Part shown: in pieces, positions 40,321 through 59,481 of the stretch
How the letters are laid out: every line of letters begins with the position of its first letter
Position numbering within the stretch: the stretch's first letter is position 1
Notes under the pieces: generated by a model
Seen by the model: only the letters and a program-made list of their open reading frames with translations
What the model was told of the DNA's origin: nothing
The model's database searches: none
Source of the DNA: a bacterium
Lineage (GTDB): Bacteria; UBA8248
DNA: 64,000 nucleotides
Reading direction: 5' to 3'
Assembly: GCA_965213685.1 (NCBI GenBank)
Contig: CBDBZY010000058.1
Coordinates: forward strand, 31,458 to 95,457
Translations under genes and position numbers: made by a program

Positions 40321-42429
40321 CTATGCCGTCTGAACCGCCGGGCCGGCGTTGCGCGCCATCAACTCCTCGGCGCGCTGTCGCGGCATTTCATCATAGCGAC
40401 CAAACTGCATCGTATAGGTCGCCCTGCCTTGCGTCATCGACCGCACGTCGGTCGCATAACCGAACATCTCCGACAACGGGACGGATGCGTTCACCACCTT
40501 GGCCCCCGCCCTGTCCTCCATCTCGCGAATGCGGCCGCGCCGGGAGGTGAGGTCTCCCATCACGTCGCCCAGAAAATCCGCAGGACACACCACCTCCATG
40601 TCCATGATGGGTTCGAGGAGAACGGGCTTCGCCCTCCGCGCGGCCTCCTTGAACGCCATGGAGCCGGCAATCTTGAACGCCACCTCGGAGCTGTCCACCT
40701 GGTGGAAGGAGCCGTCGAAAAGCGTGACCTCGATGTCGAGCAGCGGATACCCGGCGACCACGCCGTTCTCCATGGCCTCCCGGACGCCATTCTCCACCGC
40801 CGGAATGTATTCCCTGGGAATCACGCCGCCCACAATCTTGTTGACAAACTGAAAGCCGCTGCCGGGGGGCAGCGGCCGGAGCGTGATCTCCACGTCGCCA
40901 AACTGACCCCGCCCGCCGGACTGGCGCACGAAACGCCCGCGCGCGGTGGATTCGGCCCGGATCGTCTCCCGGTAAGCCACCTGGGGCTTGCCCACGCTGG
41001 CCTCCAGCGCGAACTCCCGGAACAGCCTGTCCACCAGAATCTCCAGGTGCAGCTCCCCCATGCCGGAGAGGATGGTTTGCGCGGTTTCCTCGTCCGAGCG
41101 CACCCGAAAGGTGGGGTCCTCGGCCGAGAGGCGCGCCAGGGCACCCCCGAGCTTGTCCTGGTCGGACTTCGTCTTCGGCTCGATGGCGATGGATATGACG
41201 GGTTCGGGAAAGTGGATGGTTTCGAGAAGGATGGGGTGGGCGGGATCGCAGAGGGTATGGCCTGTCTGGGCTCGCTTGACGCCCAGTGCGGCGACGATGT
41301 CCCCCGCGTGGGCCTCCTGAATCTCTTCGCGCTTGTTCGCGTGCATGCGCATCAGCCGTCCGACGCGCTCCTGCTTGCCGGTAATCGTGTTCAGGACGGA
41401 CGATCCGGATTTCATGACGCCGGAATATATGCGGATGAACACCAGCTGGCCGACATACGGATCCGTCATCACCTTGAAGGCCAGGGCACAGAGCGGCTCA
41501 TCGTTCGAGGGTGCCCGCTCCCCGGGCTTCCTGCCCAGCTCCAGGTCCTCGTCCGAGGAGACGCCCAGCACCGGAGGAACGTCCACGGGAGAGGGGAGGT
41601 AATCGACGATGGCGTCGAGCAGCAGCTGAACGCCCTTGTTCCGGAACGCAGAGCCGCACACGACGGGCACGAATTCGCCCGAGATCGCGCCCTTGCGAAT
41701 CGCCGCTCGAATCTCTCCGGGAGAAATTTCCTCGTCCCCGAGGTATTTTTCCATCAAGGAGTCGTCGAGCATCGAGAGCGCGTCGATGAGCTTCTCCCGC
41801 CACGCATCGGCCCGCGCCCGCACCTCCTCGGGCACATCCGCCTCCTCGTAGGACGCGCCCATCGGGTCGTTGAACACCCGCGCCCGCATGGTGATCAGGT
41901 CGACCATGCCGGCGAAGCGCTCCTCCGCGCCGATGGGCACCTGCAGCACCAGGGGATTCGCGGCGAGACGCTCCCGCACCTCCTCGACGACCCGATAGAA
42001 ATCGGCGCCCGTCCTGTCCATCTTGTTGACGAAGACGAGGCGGGGCACGCTATATTTCTCCGCCTGCCGCCACACCGTCTCGCTTTGCGGCTCCACGCCC
42101 CCCACCGCGCAGAACACCGCCACCGCGCCGTCGAGAACGCGCAGGCTCCTCTCCACCTCCGCCGTGAAATCCACGTGGCCCGGCGTGTCGATGATGTTGA
42201 TGACGTGATCCTTCCAGGCGCAGCGCGTGGCCGCCGACGTGATGGTGATGCCGCGCTCCTGCTCCTGGGCCATCCAGTCCATGGTGGCCGCGCCGTCATG
42301 CACCTCGCCCATCCTGTGGGTTCTGCCGGTATAAAACAAAATGCGCTCGGTCGTCGTCGTCTTGCCGGCGTCGATGTGCGCCATGATGCCGATGTTTCTC
42401 GTCCGCTCGAACGCCGTTTCCCTGGCCAC
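40321..42429 (-). CDS. fusA: Elongation factor G
   Basis: [17 protein letters not shown] and GMGELHL; GTG start. Confidence 0.98.
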   Translation of the reverse strand: MARETAFERTRNIGIMAHIDAGKTTTTERILFYTGRTHRMGEVHDGAATMDWMAQEQERGITITSAATRCAWKDHVINIIDTPGHVDFTAEVERSLRVLDGAVAVFCAVGGVEPQSETVWRQAEKYSVPRLVFVNKMDRTGADFYRVVEEVRERLAANPLVLQVPIGAEERFAGMVDLITMRARVFNDPMGASYEEADVPEEVRARADAWREKLIDALSMLDDSLMEKYLGDEEISPGEIRAAIRKGAISGEFVPVVCGSAFRNKGVQLLLDAIVDYLPSPVDVPPVLGVSSDEDLELGRKPGERAPSNDEPLCALAFKVMTDPYVGQLVFIRIYSGVMKSGSSVLNTITGKQERVGRLMRMHANKREEIQEAHAGDIVAALGVKRAQTGHTLCDPAHPILLETIHFPEPVISIAIEPKTKSDQDKLGGALARLSAEDPTFRVRSDEETAQTILSGMGELHLEILVDRLFREFALEASVGKPQVAYRETIRAESTARGRFVRQSGGRGQFGDVEITLRPLPPGSGFQFVNKIVGGVIPREYIPAVENGVREAMENGVVAGYPLLDIEVTLFDGSFHQVDSSEVAFKIAGSMAFKEAARRAKPVLLEPIMDMEVVCPADFLGDVMGDLTSRRGRIREMEDRAGAKVVNASVPLSEMFGYATDVRSMTQGRATYTMQFGRYDEMPRQRAEELMARNAGPAVQTA

Positions 42430-42448
42430 GTCCCGTCCTTCCTCCAGC

Positions 42449-42916
42449 CTACCAGCGATAATGGGCAAAGGCCTTGTTCGCCTCCGCCATGCGGTGGGTG
42501 TTCTCTCTGAGGCGAACGGCGCCTCCCGTATTGTTGGCGGCGTCCATGATCTCGGCGGCGAGCCCGTTCGCTATCTTCCTGTCCCGGCTTCGGGCGTTCT
42601 GGATGATCCACCGGATGCTCAGCGCCGTGCGCCTGTCGGGCCGTACCTCCACGGGCACCTGATAGGTGGCCCCGCCCACGCGCCGGGAGCGCACCTCGAG
42701 GGCGGGCTTCACGTTGTCCATCGCGCGCTTGAACACCTTGATGGGGTCTTCCTTCATCTTCTCCTCGACCACGTCCATCGCCCCGTAGAACACGCGCTCG
42801 GCCAGGCTCTTCTTCCCCTTGAGCATCAAGGAGTTGATGAACTTCGTCACCAGCCGGTCGTGGAACTTCGGGTCAGGTAACACGACGCGCTTCGTGGCCC
42901 TCTTTCTTCTCGCCAT
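42449..42916 (-). CDS. rpsG: 30S ribosomal protein S7
   Basis: [11 protein letters not shown] and [12 protein letters not shown]. Confidence 0.97.
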   Translation of the reverse strand: MARRKRATKRVVLPDPKFHDRLVTKFINSLMLKGKKSLAERVFYGAMDVVEEKMKEDPIKVFKRAMDNVKPALEVRSRRVGGATYQVPVEVRPDRRTALSIRWIIQNARSRDRKIANGLAAEIMDAANNTGGAVRLRENTHRMAEANKAFAHYRW

Positions 42917-42964
42917 GAGAAATCCGTCTCCCCGCCAGGTCTCCCGCCCCGATGAGGGCAAGAC

Positions 42965-43339
42965 CTATTTTGGTTTTTTGGCTCCATACTTGGAGCGGCC
43001 GTTCCGGCGCGCCTCCACGCCCACGCTGTCGAGCGTTCCCCGGACGACGTGATAGCGGATGCCGGGCAAATCCTTCACGCGCCCGCCGCGAATCAGGACG
43101 ATGGAGTGCTCCTGAAGGTTGTGGCCCTCGCCCGGGATGTAGGTGGTCACCTCCATGCCGTTGGTGAGGCGTACGCGCGCGACTTTCCGGAGCGCCGAGT
43201 TCGGCTTCTTGGGCGTCGTCGTGTACACCCGGACGCAAACGCCGCGCTTCTGGGGACAATCGCGCAGGGCCGGGCTGTCCGTTTTCGTCTGAATCCGCTT
43301 GCGGCCCTTGCGTATCAGCTGGCTAATCGTCGGCACCAT
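42965..43339 (-). CDS. rpsL: 30S ribosomal protein S12
   Basis: [10 protein letters not shown] and GGRVKDLPG. Confidence 0.98.
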   Translation of the reverse strand: MVPTISQLIRKGRKRIQTKTDSPALRDCPQKRGVCVRVYTTTPKKPNSALRKVARVRLTNGMEVTTYIPGEGHNLQEHSIVLIRGGRVKDLPGIRYHVVRGTLDSVGVEARRNGRSKYGAKKPK

Positions 43340-43540
43340 TCACTCCCAAGGCACAAGAAAAAATCGACAAAAAATCCTCCGGCTCCAGACTCAAAGCGTT
43401 CCTGACCCCTCTCCTGGGGGGCCGACCCCGTTTGCCGACCGGGCCCCCAAGAACGGGGGGAGCGAGCATCCATAATGATTTCAGTTGCTTACAAGGCCAC
43501 GCGCATTTGCGAACCACTCGCGCGATCCAAGGAAAGCGGG

Positions 43541-43568
43541 ATTATAGCCAGCCTCCCGCCGTTGTCAA
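43541..43568 (-). promoter_or_regulatory. Consensus sigma70 promoter of the str/S10/spc/alpha transcript
   Basis: Minus strand TTGACA-16 bp-TATAAT. Confidence 0.85.
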
Positions 43569-43645
43569 CCTTCAGACCCCGAAAAATACGGATTTGCGGG
43601 GACGGGGCTACTCCGGGGTTACGCCCTCCTCCGCGTTGACGACTC

Positions 43646-47809
<4,164 letters not shown>

Positions 47810-47894
47810 TGCAAGCCTCCTTGGGAACGCACGCGCGCCATCCCTTGGGCGCCGGCTGATGGAACCGCCAAACAAACAGTTACGATTGAGATGT

Positions 47895-51972
<4,078 letters not shown>

Positions 51973-52065
51973 GGTGGCTCACCTCAATAGCGGGGTGTGA
52001 TTCCAGTGAAGCGCCGGCGCTGCCTCGGCCGACGAAGACCAGGTCATCAGCTTCCCGGGTGAGCT

Positions 52066-52449
52066 CTATGCGATTTCCACCTCCGCACCGACCCCCTTGA
52101 GCTTCTCGGCGGCGGCTTCCGCGTCTTCTTTGGGCACCGCCTCCACAACCGCCGCCGGGGCGCTCTCGACGAGATCCTTCGCCTCCTTGAGACCGAGGGT
52201 GGTGAGTTCGCGGACTGCCTTGATGACCTTGATCTTCTCCGAACCAAAGGACTTGAGGTTGACGGTGAACTCCGTTTTCTCCTCGGCCGCCTCGCCCGCG
52301 TCGCCACCCGCCGCGGGCCCCGCTCCCGCCATCATCATGGGCACGGCGGCGGATACGCCAAACTTCTCCTCGAGCTCCTTGACGAATGCGCTCAACTCCA
52401 CCACCGTCATGTTTTCAATATAACTGACTACTTCTTCTTTGGTCGCCAC
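52066..52449 (-). CDS. rplL: 50S ribosomal protein L7/L12
   Basis: [14 protein letters not shown] and [10 protein letters not shown]. Confidence 0.97.
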   Translation of the reverse strand: MATKEEVVSYIENMTVVELSAFVKELEEKFGVSAAVPMMMAGAGPAAGGDAGEAAEEKTEFTVNLKSFGSEKIKVIKAVRELTTLGLKEAKDLVESAPAAVVEAVPKEDAEAAAEKLKGVGAEVEIA

Positions 52450-52556
52450 AATTCCGCCCTTTCCTCACGTTCGGAATAAACGTTGGCCACGTCATGGCCA
52501 TCTCATGATGATGATCAAAATTGGCCGCAACTATCCCCTCTTGAGCCAAACATTCA

Positions 52557-53126
52557 TTATAACGCTTCTTCCCGCTTTTTCGCAACCGCGTCCAGGACGT
52601 TCACGAACTGGGCGAGAACGCCGTTCAGCACTCTCGCAGGCCCGCCACGGGCGCCTGCAGGGCGCCCAGCAGCTGCGAGAGCAGCACCTCGCGCGAGGGG
52701 CAAATCCGCGAGCGTCTCCACCTCGGCGGTCTCCAGGAACCTGCCGTCCAGAACGCCGCCCCTGATCTCTCCCGCCGATTCTTTCTTCGTGAACTCCTTC
52801 AATATCTTGGCGGGGGTCGAGGGGTCGCCGTCCGTCGTCGCGATGGAGAGCGGCCCGACGAACTTGCCGCGCAACTCCCCGAAGCCCGTGCCCTCTATCG
52901 CGCGCTCCGCCAGCGTGTTCTTGACGACGGAGAGCCGGACGCCGGCCTCGCGCGTCCGCTTCCGCAAGGCCGTCATCTGGGAGACGCTCAGCCCCCGGTA
53001 ATCGAACAACACCAGGGAGGTGGTCTCGTCGAAGTGGTTCCGGAGCGCCTCGACCGCCTCGGCCTTGTCGGCGCGCGGCGCCTTGCCCGCCGCCATCCTC
53101 CCCTTCTCCGCAACGCTTGCCGCCAT
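52557..53126 (-). CDS. rplJ: 50S ribosomal protein L10 (two offsetting indels near 52699 and 52637)
   Basis: DYRGL and VKNTL are present; the canonical LPSREVLLSQLLGALQAPVAGL is found in the adjacent frame between the two indels. Confidence 0.94.
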   Translation of the reverse strand: MAASVAEKGRMAAGKAPRADKAEAVEALRNHFDETTSLVLFDYRGLSVSQMTALRKRTREAGVRLSVVKNTLAERAIEGTGFGELRGKFVGPLSIATTDGDPSTPAKILKEFTKKESAGEIRGGVLDGRFLETAEVETLADLPLARGAALAAAGRPAGARGGPARVLNGVLAQFVNVLDAVAKKREEAL

Positions 53127-53142
53127 ATCGGGGTTCTCCTTG

Positions 53143-53847
53143 TTATCTCAGTGCCGCGAGAAGAGCCTGGTGGTCGACTTTCACGCCCGGCCCCATCGTG
53201 CTGGAGACGGACAGACCCTTGAAGTACACCCCCTTGCTCGCCGCGGGCTTCGCGCGAACCAGCGCGTCCACGACCGCCGATATGTTCTCGGAGAGGGCCT
53301 CTCCCTCGAAGGCGACCTTCCCCACCGCGGCGTGGATGATGCCCGCCTTGTCCACGCGATACTCCACCTTGCCGGACTTGATCTCCCGCACCATCCGCCC
53401 CACGTCGAAGGAGACGGTGCCGGACTTGGGGTTCGGCATCATGCCGCGCGGCCCGAGCAGCCGGCCGAGCCTGCCCACGACGCTCATCACGTCCGGCGTC
53501 GCCACCACGCGGTCGAACTCCATCCAGCCGCCCTGTATCTTCTCGGCCAAGTCCTCCGCGCCCACGTATTCGGCGCCCGCCTCCCTGGCCTCGGCCACCT
53601 TCTCGCCCTTGGCGAACGCCACGACGCGCTCCTCCTTGCCGATGCCTTTGGGCAGGACGACGCTCCCCCGCACCATCTGGTCCGCATGGCGGGGGTCCAC
53701 GCCCAGCTTCGCGGTGAGCTCGACGGTCTCGTCGAATTTCGCCGACGCCGTCTCCTTCACCAAATCCACGGCCTCGGCGAGCGCATAGAGCTTCTCCCTG
53801 TCGACCCGCTCGCGGGAGCCTCGGTATCTTTTTCCACGCTTGGGCAT
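53143..53847 (-). CDS. rplA: 50S ribosomal protein L1
   Basis: [18 protein letters not shown] and STMGPG; start at ATG53847. Confidence 0.97.
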   Translation of the reverse strand: MPKRGKRYRGSRERVDREKLYALAEAVDLVKETASAKFDETVELTAKLGVDPRHADQMVRGSVVLPKGIGKEERVVAFAKGEKVAEAREAGAEYVGAEDLAEKIQGGWMEFDRVVATPDVMSVVGRLGRLLGPRGMMPNPKSGTVSFDVGRMVREIKSGKVEYRVDKAGIIHAAVGKVAFEGEALSENISAVVDALVRAKPAASKGVYFKGLSVSSTMGPGVKVDHQALLAALR

Positions 53848-53865
53848 TCTCTCATCTCCTGGGTC

Positions 53866-53904
53866 GTGGTTCGACCGGCGCCCGGGGGGGCGGGCGCCTC
53901 CCAC
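53866..53904 (-). promoter_or_regulatory. Putative L1 autoregulatory RNA site upstream of rplA
   Basis: Minus strand GTGG-GAG-GCGCCCG-loop-CGGGCGC-CGGTCGAA-CCAC, an asymmetric-loop hairpin just before the rplA RBS. Confidence 0.65.
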
Positions 53905-53916
53905 CTGGGCTGAAAA

Positions 53917-54342
53917 CTATTCTGCGACCTCGATCCCCATGCTCCGGGCCGTGCCCTCGATGATCCGGACGGCGCCTTCGACGTCCGCGCTGTTCAAATC
54001 CTCTTTCTTGATCTCGGCGATCTCCTCGAGTTGTTTGCGCGTCACGCTGCCCACGCCCTTGCGACCCGGCTCCTCGGAGCCCTTGGCCAGGGCGGCGGCC
54101 TGCTTCAGGAGGGCGGACGCGGGGGGACTCTTCATGATGAACGTGAAGCTCTTGTCCGCATACACCGAGATGACGACCGGAACTATCGTGCCCTCCTTGC
54201 CCTGCGTCTGCGCGTTGAAGGCCTTGCAAAACTCCATGATGTTCACGCCCTGCTGGCCGAGGGCGGGCCCCACGGGCGGTGCGGGGTTCGCCTTGCCCGC
54301 CGGTATCTGAAGTTTGATGATGCCAACCGCTTCTCTCGCCAT
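53917..54342 (-). CDS. rplK: 50S ribosomal protein L11
   Basis: [10 protein letters not shown] and GTARSMG. Confidence 0.97.
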   Translation of the reverse strand: MAREAVGIIKLQIPAGKANPAPPVGPALGQQGVNIMEFCKAFNAQTQGKEGTIVPVVISVYADKSFTFIMKSPPASALLKQAAALAKGSEEPGRKGVGSVTRKQLEEIAEIKKEDLNSADVEGAVRIIEGTARSMGIEVAE

Positions 54343-54403
54343 GTTTTCCTCTCAGAACTCGCGCGGGGCCCCGAAAATCTCTCCCGAACCGCCCTCGCCC
54401 GGC

Positions 54404-54432
54404 GGGGGGGGGGGGGGGGGGGGGGGGGGGGG
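54404..54432. repeat. Poly-G tract (29 nt)
   Basis: Direct count in the nusG-rplK spacer; the length is probably unreliable. Confidence 0.6.
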
Positions 54433-54530
54433 AGGGGCGTCCCGCTTTCCGGTGGAGGGGGGCGTCTCCAACCGGAGCGTCCCCGGCACCCTCGCCTCGC
54501 CTCCCAGCCCTCTTCTACGCCTTATCCGCC

Positions 54531-55058
54531 CTACACCTTCTCCACCTGGAGCATCTCGAGCTCCAGGGGCGTCGTGCGGCCGAAAATGCTGACCATGACC
54601 TTCAGCTTCCCCCTGTCGGGATGCACCTCGTCAATCTCGCCGGTGAAGTTCACGAACGGCCCGTCTATCACCCGGATGTTTTCCCCTCTCTCGAAATCCA
54701 TCTTGGGCTTCGGCCGCTCGGCCTCTCCCTTGATCTGCTTGAAGATGTTCTCCATCTCCGCATCCGAGAGCGGGCTCGGGGACGTTCCGCCCAGAAAACC
54801 CGTCACCTTGGGCGTATTCTTGACGACGTACCAGGTCTCCTCGTCGCACTCCATCTGAATCAGGATGTAGCCGGGGAAAAACTTCCGCGAAGTCGTCCGC
54901 CTCTTCCCGCCGACCGATTTCACCACCTGCTCGACGGGCAAGATGATCTGGCCGAGCTTCTCCTCGTAAGGCTTCCCGCGAAACTGCTCCTCGATGGAGA
55001 GCTTCACCTTGTTCTCGAAACCCGAGTAGGTATGCACGACATACCACTGCATGGACAT
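54531..55058 (-). CDS. nusG: Transcription factor NusG
   Basis: WYVVHTYSG, FFPGY, GPF and IFGR.TP.EL. Confidence 0.97.
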   Translation of the reverse strand: MSMQWYVVHTYSGFENKVKLSIEEQFRGKPYEEKLGQIILPVEQVVKSVGGKRRTTSRKFFPGYILIQMECDEETWYVVKNTPKVTGFLGGTSPSPLSDAEMENIFKQIKGEAERPKPKMDFERGENIRVIDGPFVNFTGEIDEVHPDRGKLKVMVSIFGRTTPLELEMLQVEKV

Positions 55059-55071
55059 GGCCGAACCCTAA

Positions 55072-55284
55072 CTAGAAACCGAAGTTGAGAAAGTAGCGAA
55101 CGAATCGGGACAACCCCAAATCGACGAGACCCAAATATATCGCAATGATGAAGACGAAAACGAGGGCGACGGCGGTCTGCGCCGCCGTCTGGCGCATGTT
55201 CAGCCACGTCACGCGCTTCGCCTCGCTCTGCACGTCCCGCAGGAAGGAGCGCCCCTGCCGAATCCAGCCCGTCACCTGGTTCAT
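55072..55284 (-). CDS. secE: Preprotein translocase SecE
   Basis: E.KRVTW followed by one TM helix; start at ATG55284. Confidence 0.92.
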   Translation of the reverse strand: MNQVTGWIRQGRSFLRDVQSEAKRVTWLNMRQTAAQTAVALVFVFIIAIYLGLVDLGLSRFVRYFLNFGF

Positions 55285-55331
55285 TCCACCCGCTCTCCCC
55301 GGCACCGCGCGGCCTAAGGCGCGGCGCTCCC

Positions 55332-55408
55332 TGGCAGGCCAGGAGGGACTCGAACCCCCAACCGCCGGATTTGGAGTCCGGTGCTCTGCCAAATTGAGCT
55401 ACTGGCCT
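55332..55408 (-). tRNA. tRNA-Trp(CCA)
   Basis: AGGCCAGTAGCTCAA...CT-CCA-AA...GGTTCGAGTCC...GGCCTG-CCA. Confidence 0.96.
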
Positions 55409-55452
55409 GTGATGCGAACGCCCGCGCCCGCAAGCGCCCTTGTTGGGTCGTG

Positions 55453-56631
<1,179 letters not shown>

Positions 56632-56747
56632 GGCCTAATCCCCTCTCCTCTGTATCCAAGACCTCTTCCAGATCATGGACGCGAGGGGAAGCGTCTCCCC
56701 TCTTCGCGACGTTCCCGGAAACGATAGCACCCGGAAGAAACGCGCCT

Positions 56748-56777
56748 TTTATACCCGCTCCGCCGAAACCTTGTCCA
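56748..56777 (-). promoter_or_regulatory. Possible internal promoter for tuf
   Basis: Minus strand TGGACA-18 bp-TATAAA. Confidence 0.45.
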
Positions 56778-56881
56778 TCGGGAACGGGCGTCTTGAACGG
56801 GAGAATCCGCGAACCCCCCCTGGGATTTCGCGGCGCTTCGTCTGATTTTCCGCGGGTGATGCGCAACCCTCAAAATTCCTA

Positions 56882-56957
56882 TGGAGCCCACGACCGGACT
56901 TGAACCGGTGACCTCTTCCTTACCAAGGAAGTGCTCTGCCGGCTGAGCTACGTGGGC
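56882..56957 (-). tRNA. tRNA-Thr(GGT)
   Basis: GCCCACGTAGCTCAG...TT-GGT-AA...GGTTCAAGTCC...GGGCT-CCA. Confidence 0.96.
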
Positions 56958-57056
56958 TGGCCGAGGCACGGGCGGATAATACAGATTATTTCCGCCGGGG
57001 CAACCCCGGGAACCGAAACCCGCGTCGGCCGGGAAGCCCCCGGCGTCCCATCATCC

Positions 57057-57132
57057 TGGAGCGGGAAACGGGGCTCGAACCCGCGACCCTCAGCTTGGAA
57101 GGCTGATGCTCTACCAACTGAGCTATTCCCGC
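57057..57132 (-). tRNA. tRNA-Gly(TCC)
   Basis: GCGGGAATAGCTCAG...CT-TCC-AA...GGTTCGAGCCC...CCGCT-CCA. Confidence 0.96.
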
Positions 57133-57142
57133 CTCTGAATCC

Positions 57143-57173
57143 AAAAGCGCGCGTCCTTATAAAAGCGCGCGTC
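57143..57173. repeat. 13-bp direct repeat AAAAGCGCGCGTC x2
   Basis: 57143-57155 and 57161-57173, in the tRNA-Tyr/tRNA-Gly spacer. Confidence 0.8.
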
Positions 57174-57208
57174 TCTAATAAGAAGGTCCATCAAGACGAT
57201 TCATCCGC

Positions 57209-57293
57209 TGGTGGGGAGGGGAGGATTCGAACCTCCGAAGGCTGAGCCGTCAGATTTACAGTCTGATCCCTTTGGCCACTCGGGAACCTCCCC
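57209..57293 (-). tRNA. tRNA-Tyr(GTA)
   Basis: GGGGAGGTTCCCGAGTGGCC...CT-GTA-AA, long variable arm, GGTTCGAATCC...CCA. Confidence 0.96.
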
Positions 57294-57373
57294 GAAACCT
57301 GCTATTCGTCACATCTCCTCATCGAATTTGCGCTGCAGGAAATTCCTCGGGAACCTCCCCGAAACCTGCTATT
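57279..57373. repeat. 28-bp exact direct repeat containing the 5' end of tRNA-Tyr
   Basis: CTCGGGAACCTCCCCGAAACCTGCTATT at 57279-57306 and 57346-57373. Confidence 0.9.
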
Positions 57374-57492
57374 TATCGACATCCTTACCGGAAACCATCC
57401 GTTGCCCCGAACCCGCCGCCTCCACCGGCACCCGGACGAGCAACCCGCACCCGGCGGGGGGCACTTTCGGCGGCGGCCGGCCCTCGCCCCGG

Positions 57493-57565
57493 AGCTGGCG
57501 AGAGGACTCGAACCTCCGACCTGCTGATTACAAATCAGCTGCTCTACCCGCTGAGCTACGCCAGC
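57493..57565 (-). tRNA. tRNA-Thr(TGT), CCA not encoded
   Basis: GCTGGCGTAGCTCAG...TT-TGT-AA...GGTTCGAGTCC...CCAGCT followed by CCG. Confidence 0.95.
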
Positions 57566-57580
57566 CCGCAAAGGCGGATT

Positions 57581-57609
57581 AAATTATTCCCCTGGCACCG
57601 GGTTGTCAA
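57581..57609 (-). promoter_or_regulatory. Promoter of the tRNA-tuf operon
   Basis: Minus strand TTGACA-17 bp-TAATTT, about 15 bp before tRNA-Thr and overlapping the rlmB stop. Confidence 0.7.
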
Positions 57610-58414
57610 CCCTTCCCCCTCCTTTCGGGGGGCGAAGACCGCGCGCAACGCGCGGGAGGGACGGGGCATCGCGCGTCGTGCGGCCCGCGCGCACGGCGTA
57701 AAGCAAAATCGCCGCGGCCACCGAGGCGTTCAGGGAGGATACCACGCCCCCCTCGATGGGTATTCTCACGCGCGCGTCGCAATTTCTGCCCACCAGCGGC
57801 CGCACGCCCCTGCCCTCCGCCCCGATGACGAGCGCGCACGGCCAGGGGAGGTCGTCCAGCCCCAAGGTCCTCTCCCCCTGCGCGTCCGCCGCCAGTGCCC
57901 AGTAGCCGGCCTCGCGGAGCGTCGAGACGGCGCGGGACAGGTTCGTCACCCGCGCGAGCGGCAAGACCTCCAGAGCGCCCGAGGCCGCCTTCGCCGCGAC
58001 GGGGGTGAGACCCACGGCGTTGTTCCTGGGCCAGACGACGCCGCCCGCCCCCAGGGCCGCGGCGCTCCTGAGGATGGCGCCGAAATTTCTGGGGTCCTGC
58101 ACCCCGTCGAGCAGCAGGATGGGCGGGGTCGCCTCCGGCTGCGCCGCGAGCAGCTCCCCAAGCCCCGGCAACAGGGTGGGGGACACCTCGACGACCAGGT
58201 TTTGATGCTGCGCGGTGGCGGCCTTCTTCGCGAGCCGCCCGGAGTCCAGCGCCTCCACGGGAACCTGGCGCGATTCCGCGAGCCGCGCCGCCTCGGCCAC
58301 CTTGCGGCCCCGGTGCCCGTCCGCGATGAACAGACGCCTGACCCGCTCCGGCCCGCGCTCCAGCGCCGCCAGCACGCTGTGCGCCCCGCACACGTACTCC
58401 GGCTTATGTCTCAT
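57584..58414 (-). CDS. rlmB: 23S rRNA (Gm2251) methyltransferase
   Basis: DGVQDPRNFGAI.R, KAASGA, GAEG.G and SLNASVA. Confidence 0.93.
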   Translation of the reverse strand: MRHKPEYVCGAHSVLAALERGPERVRRLFIADGHRGRKVAEAARLAESRQVPVEALDSGRLAKKAATAQHQNLVVEVSPTLLPGLGELLAAQPEATPPILLLDGVQDPRNFGAILRSAAALGAGGVVWPRNNAVGLTPVAAKAASGALEVLPLARVTNLSRAVSTLREAGYWALAADAQGERTLGLDDLPWPCALVIGAEGRGVRPLVGRNCDARVRIPIEGGVVSSLNASVAAAILLYAVRAGRTTRDAPSLPRVARGLRPPKGGGRVDNPVPGE

Positions 58415-58527
58415 TTTCGGGAAAGGATGCGGGAGAGCGGACGAAACGCCGATCCGCGCTTGCCCGTCGCTCCCGGCGCAACAACACCATCTCCGCTACC
58501 CGGATATTCTGCAACGCGCCGAATCCA

Positions 58528-59364
58528 TCATCTGAATGCTGTTGTAATCATCGGCAGTTTTTCCTGGTTCATCGCGTCGTCGAGTCTGTTGACCGCTATT
58601 TTCGAGAGATACTCCTCCTCGGCGTCGATTCCGATAAACCTCCTCCCGTTTCGCATCGCGGCGACCCCGGCGGTCGCGCTTCCGCAGAAAGGGTCGAGCA
58701 CGATGTCGTTCTCATTCGTGCAGGCCAGCACGATTCTCTCCAGCAAAGCCAGAGGCTTTTGCGTCGGGTGCCTCCCGTATTTTTTCTCTTCACTCCTCGG
58801 GGTGTTGATCGCCCACACGCTGCGCATCTGTTTGTCGGGTTTCTTGATGAGGTCTCCCGCCCATGCGGTTTTTTTCATCAATTCGTAATGGAACGTATGC
58901 TTCGCCCTTTTCGTCTTGCGCGCCCAAATCAAGGTTTCGTGACTGGCGGCGAACATTCTGCAGGCCAGATGGGGGGCCGCGTTCGGCTTATACCAGCAGA
59001 TTTCATTCAGCAGATGCCATCCCTGACGCTGCAACGCGAATCCGCAGGCGTATATGGAGTGGTAGGTTCCCGAAACCCACAGGGAGCCGTTCTCCCTCAA
59101 GACCCTGCGGCACGCCGCGATCCAGTTGTAGTGAAACTCGTAATCCTTCTCTATCCCCCTGCTTTCGTCCCATTTCCCCTTGTCCACGCTGGCGCGCTTT
59201 CCCGCGTGGCAGGTAAAGCCGCCGTTTGAAAGGTTGTAGGGAGGGTCCGCAAAAACCAGGTCAACGCTATTGGCGGGGATGCCCGCCATCATGTCGACGG
59301 CGTCCCCGTTGAATATCCGGAAATTTTTCCCCGCGTGGTATGCCTTCGGTTTCCCCCTGGGCAT
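58528..59364 (-). CDS. Beta-class amino-DNA methyltransferase, DpnA(M2.DpnII)-like
   Basis: FADPPYNLSNGG...SVDKGKWD precedes HPTQKP and DPFCGS (motif IV before motif I); lower GC than its neighbours. Confidence 0.9.
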   Translation of the reverse strand: MPRGKPKAYHAGKNFRIFNGDAVDMMAGIPANSVDLVFADPPYNLSNGGFTCHAGKRASVDKGKWDESRGIEKDYEFHYNWIAACRRVLRENGSLWVSGTYHSIYACGFALQRQGWHLLNEICWYKPNAAPHLACRMFAASHETLIWARKTKRAKHTFHYELMKKTAWAGDLIKKPDKQMRSVWAINTPRSEEKKYGRHPTQKPLALLERIVLACTNENDIVLDPFCGSATAGVAAMRNGRRFIGIDAEEEYLSKIAVNRLDDAMNQEKLPMITTAFR

Positions 59365-59481
59365 GGTATGGCTCCGATCCGTTCATCCTGGGGCGATCCC
59401 TTTTCCCCGCCATGCCGTCAAACGAAGAGCCCGGCTCGTCCCGAACTCTATTGTATCCGCTTTCCGGCGCGCTCCCCGCCG

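Noticed and set aside
57272-58888. 538-aa plus-strand ORF spanning tRNA-Thr and rlmB
   Set aside because: Antisense to a tRNA, rlmB and the methyltransferase, with no protein-like features.
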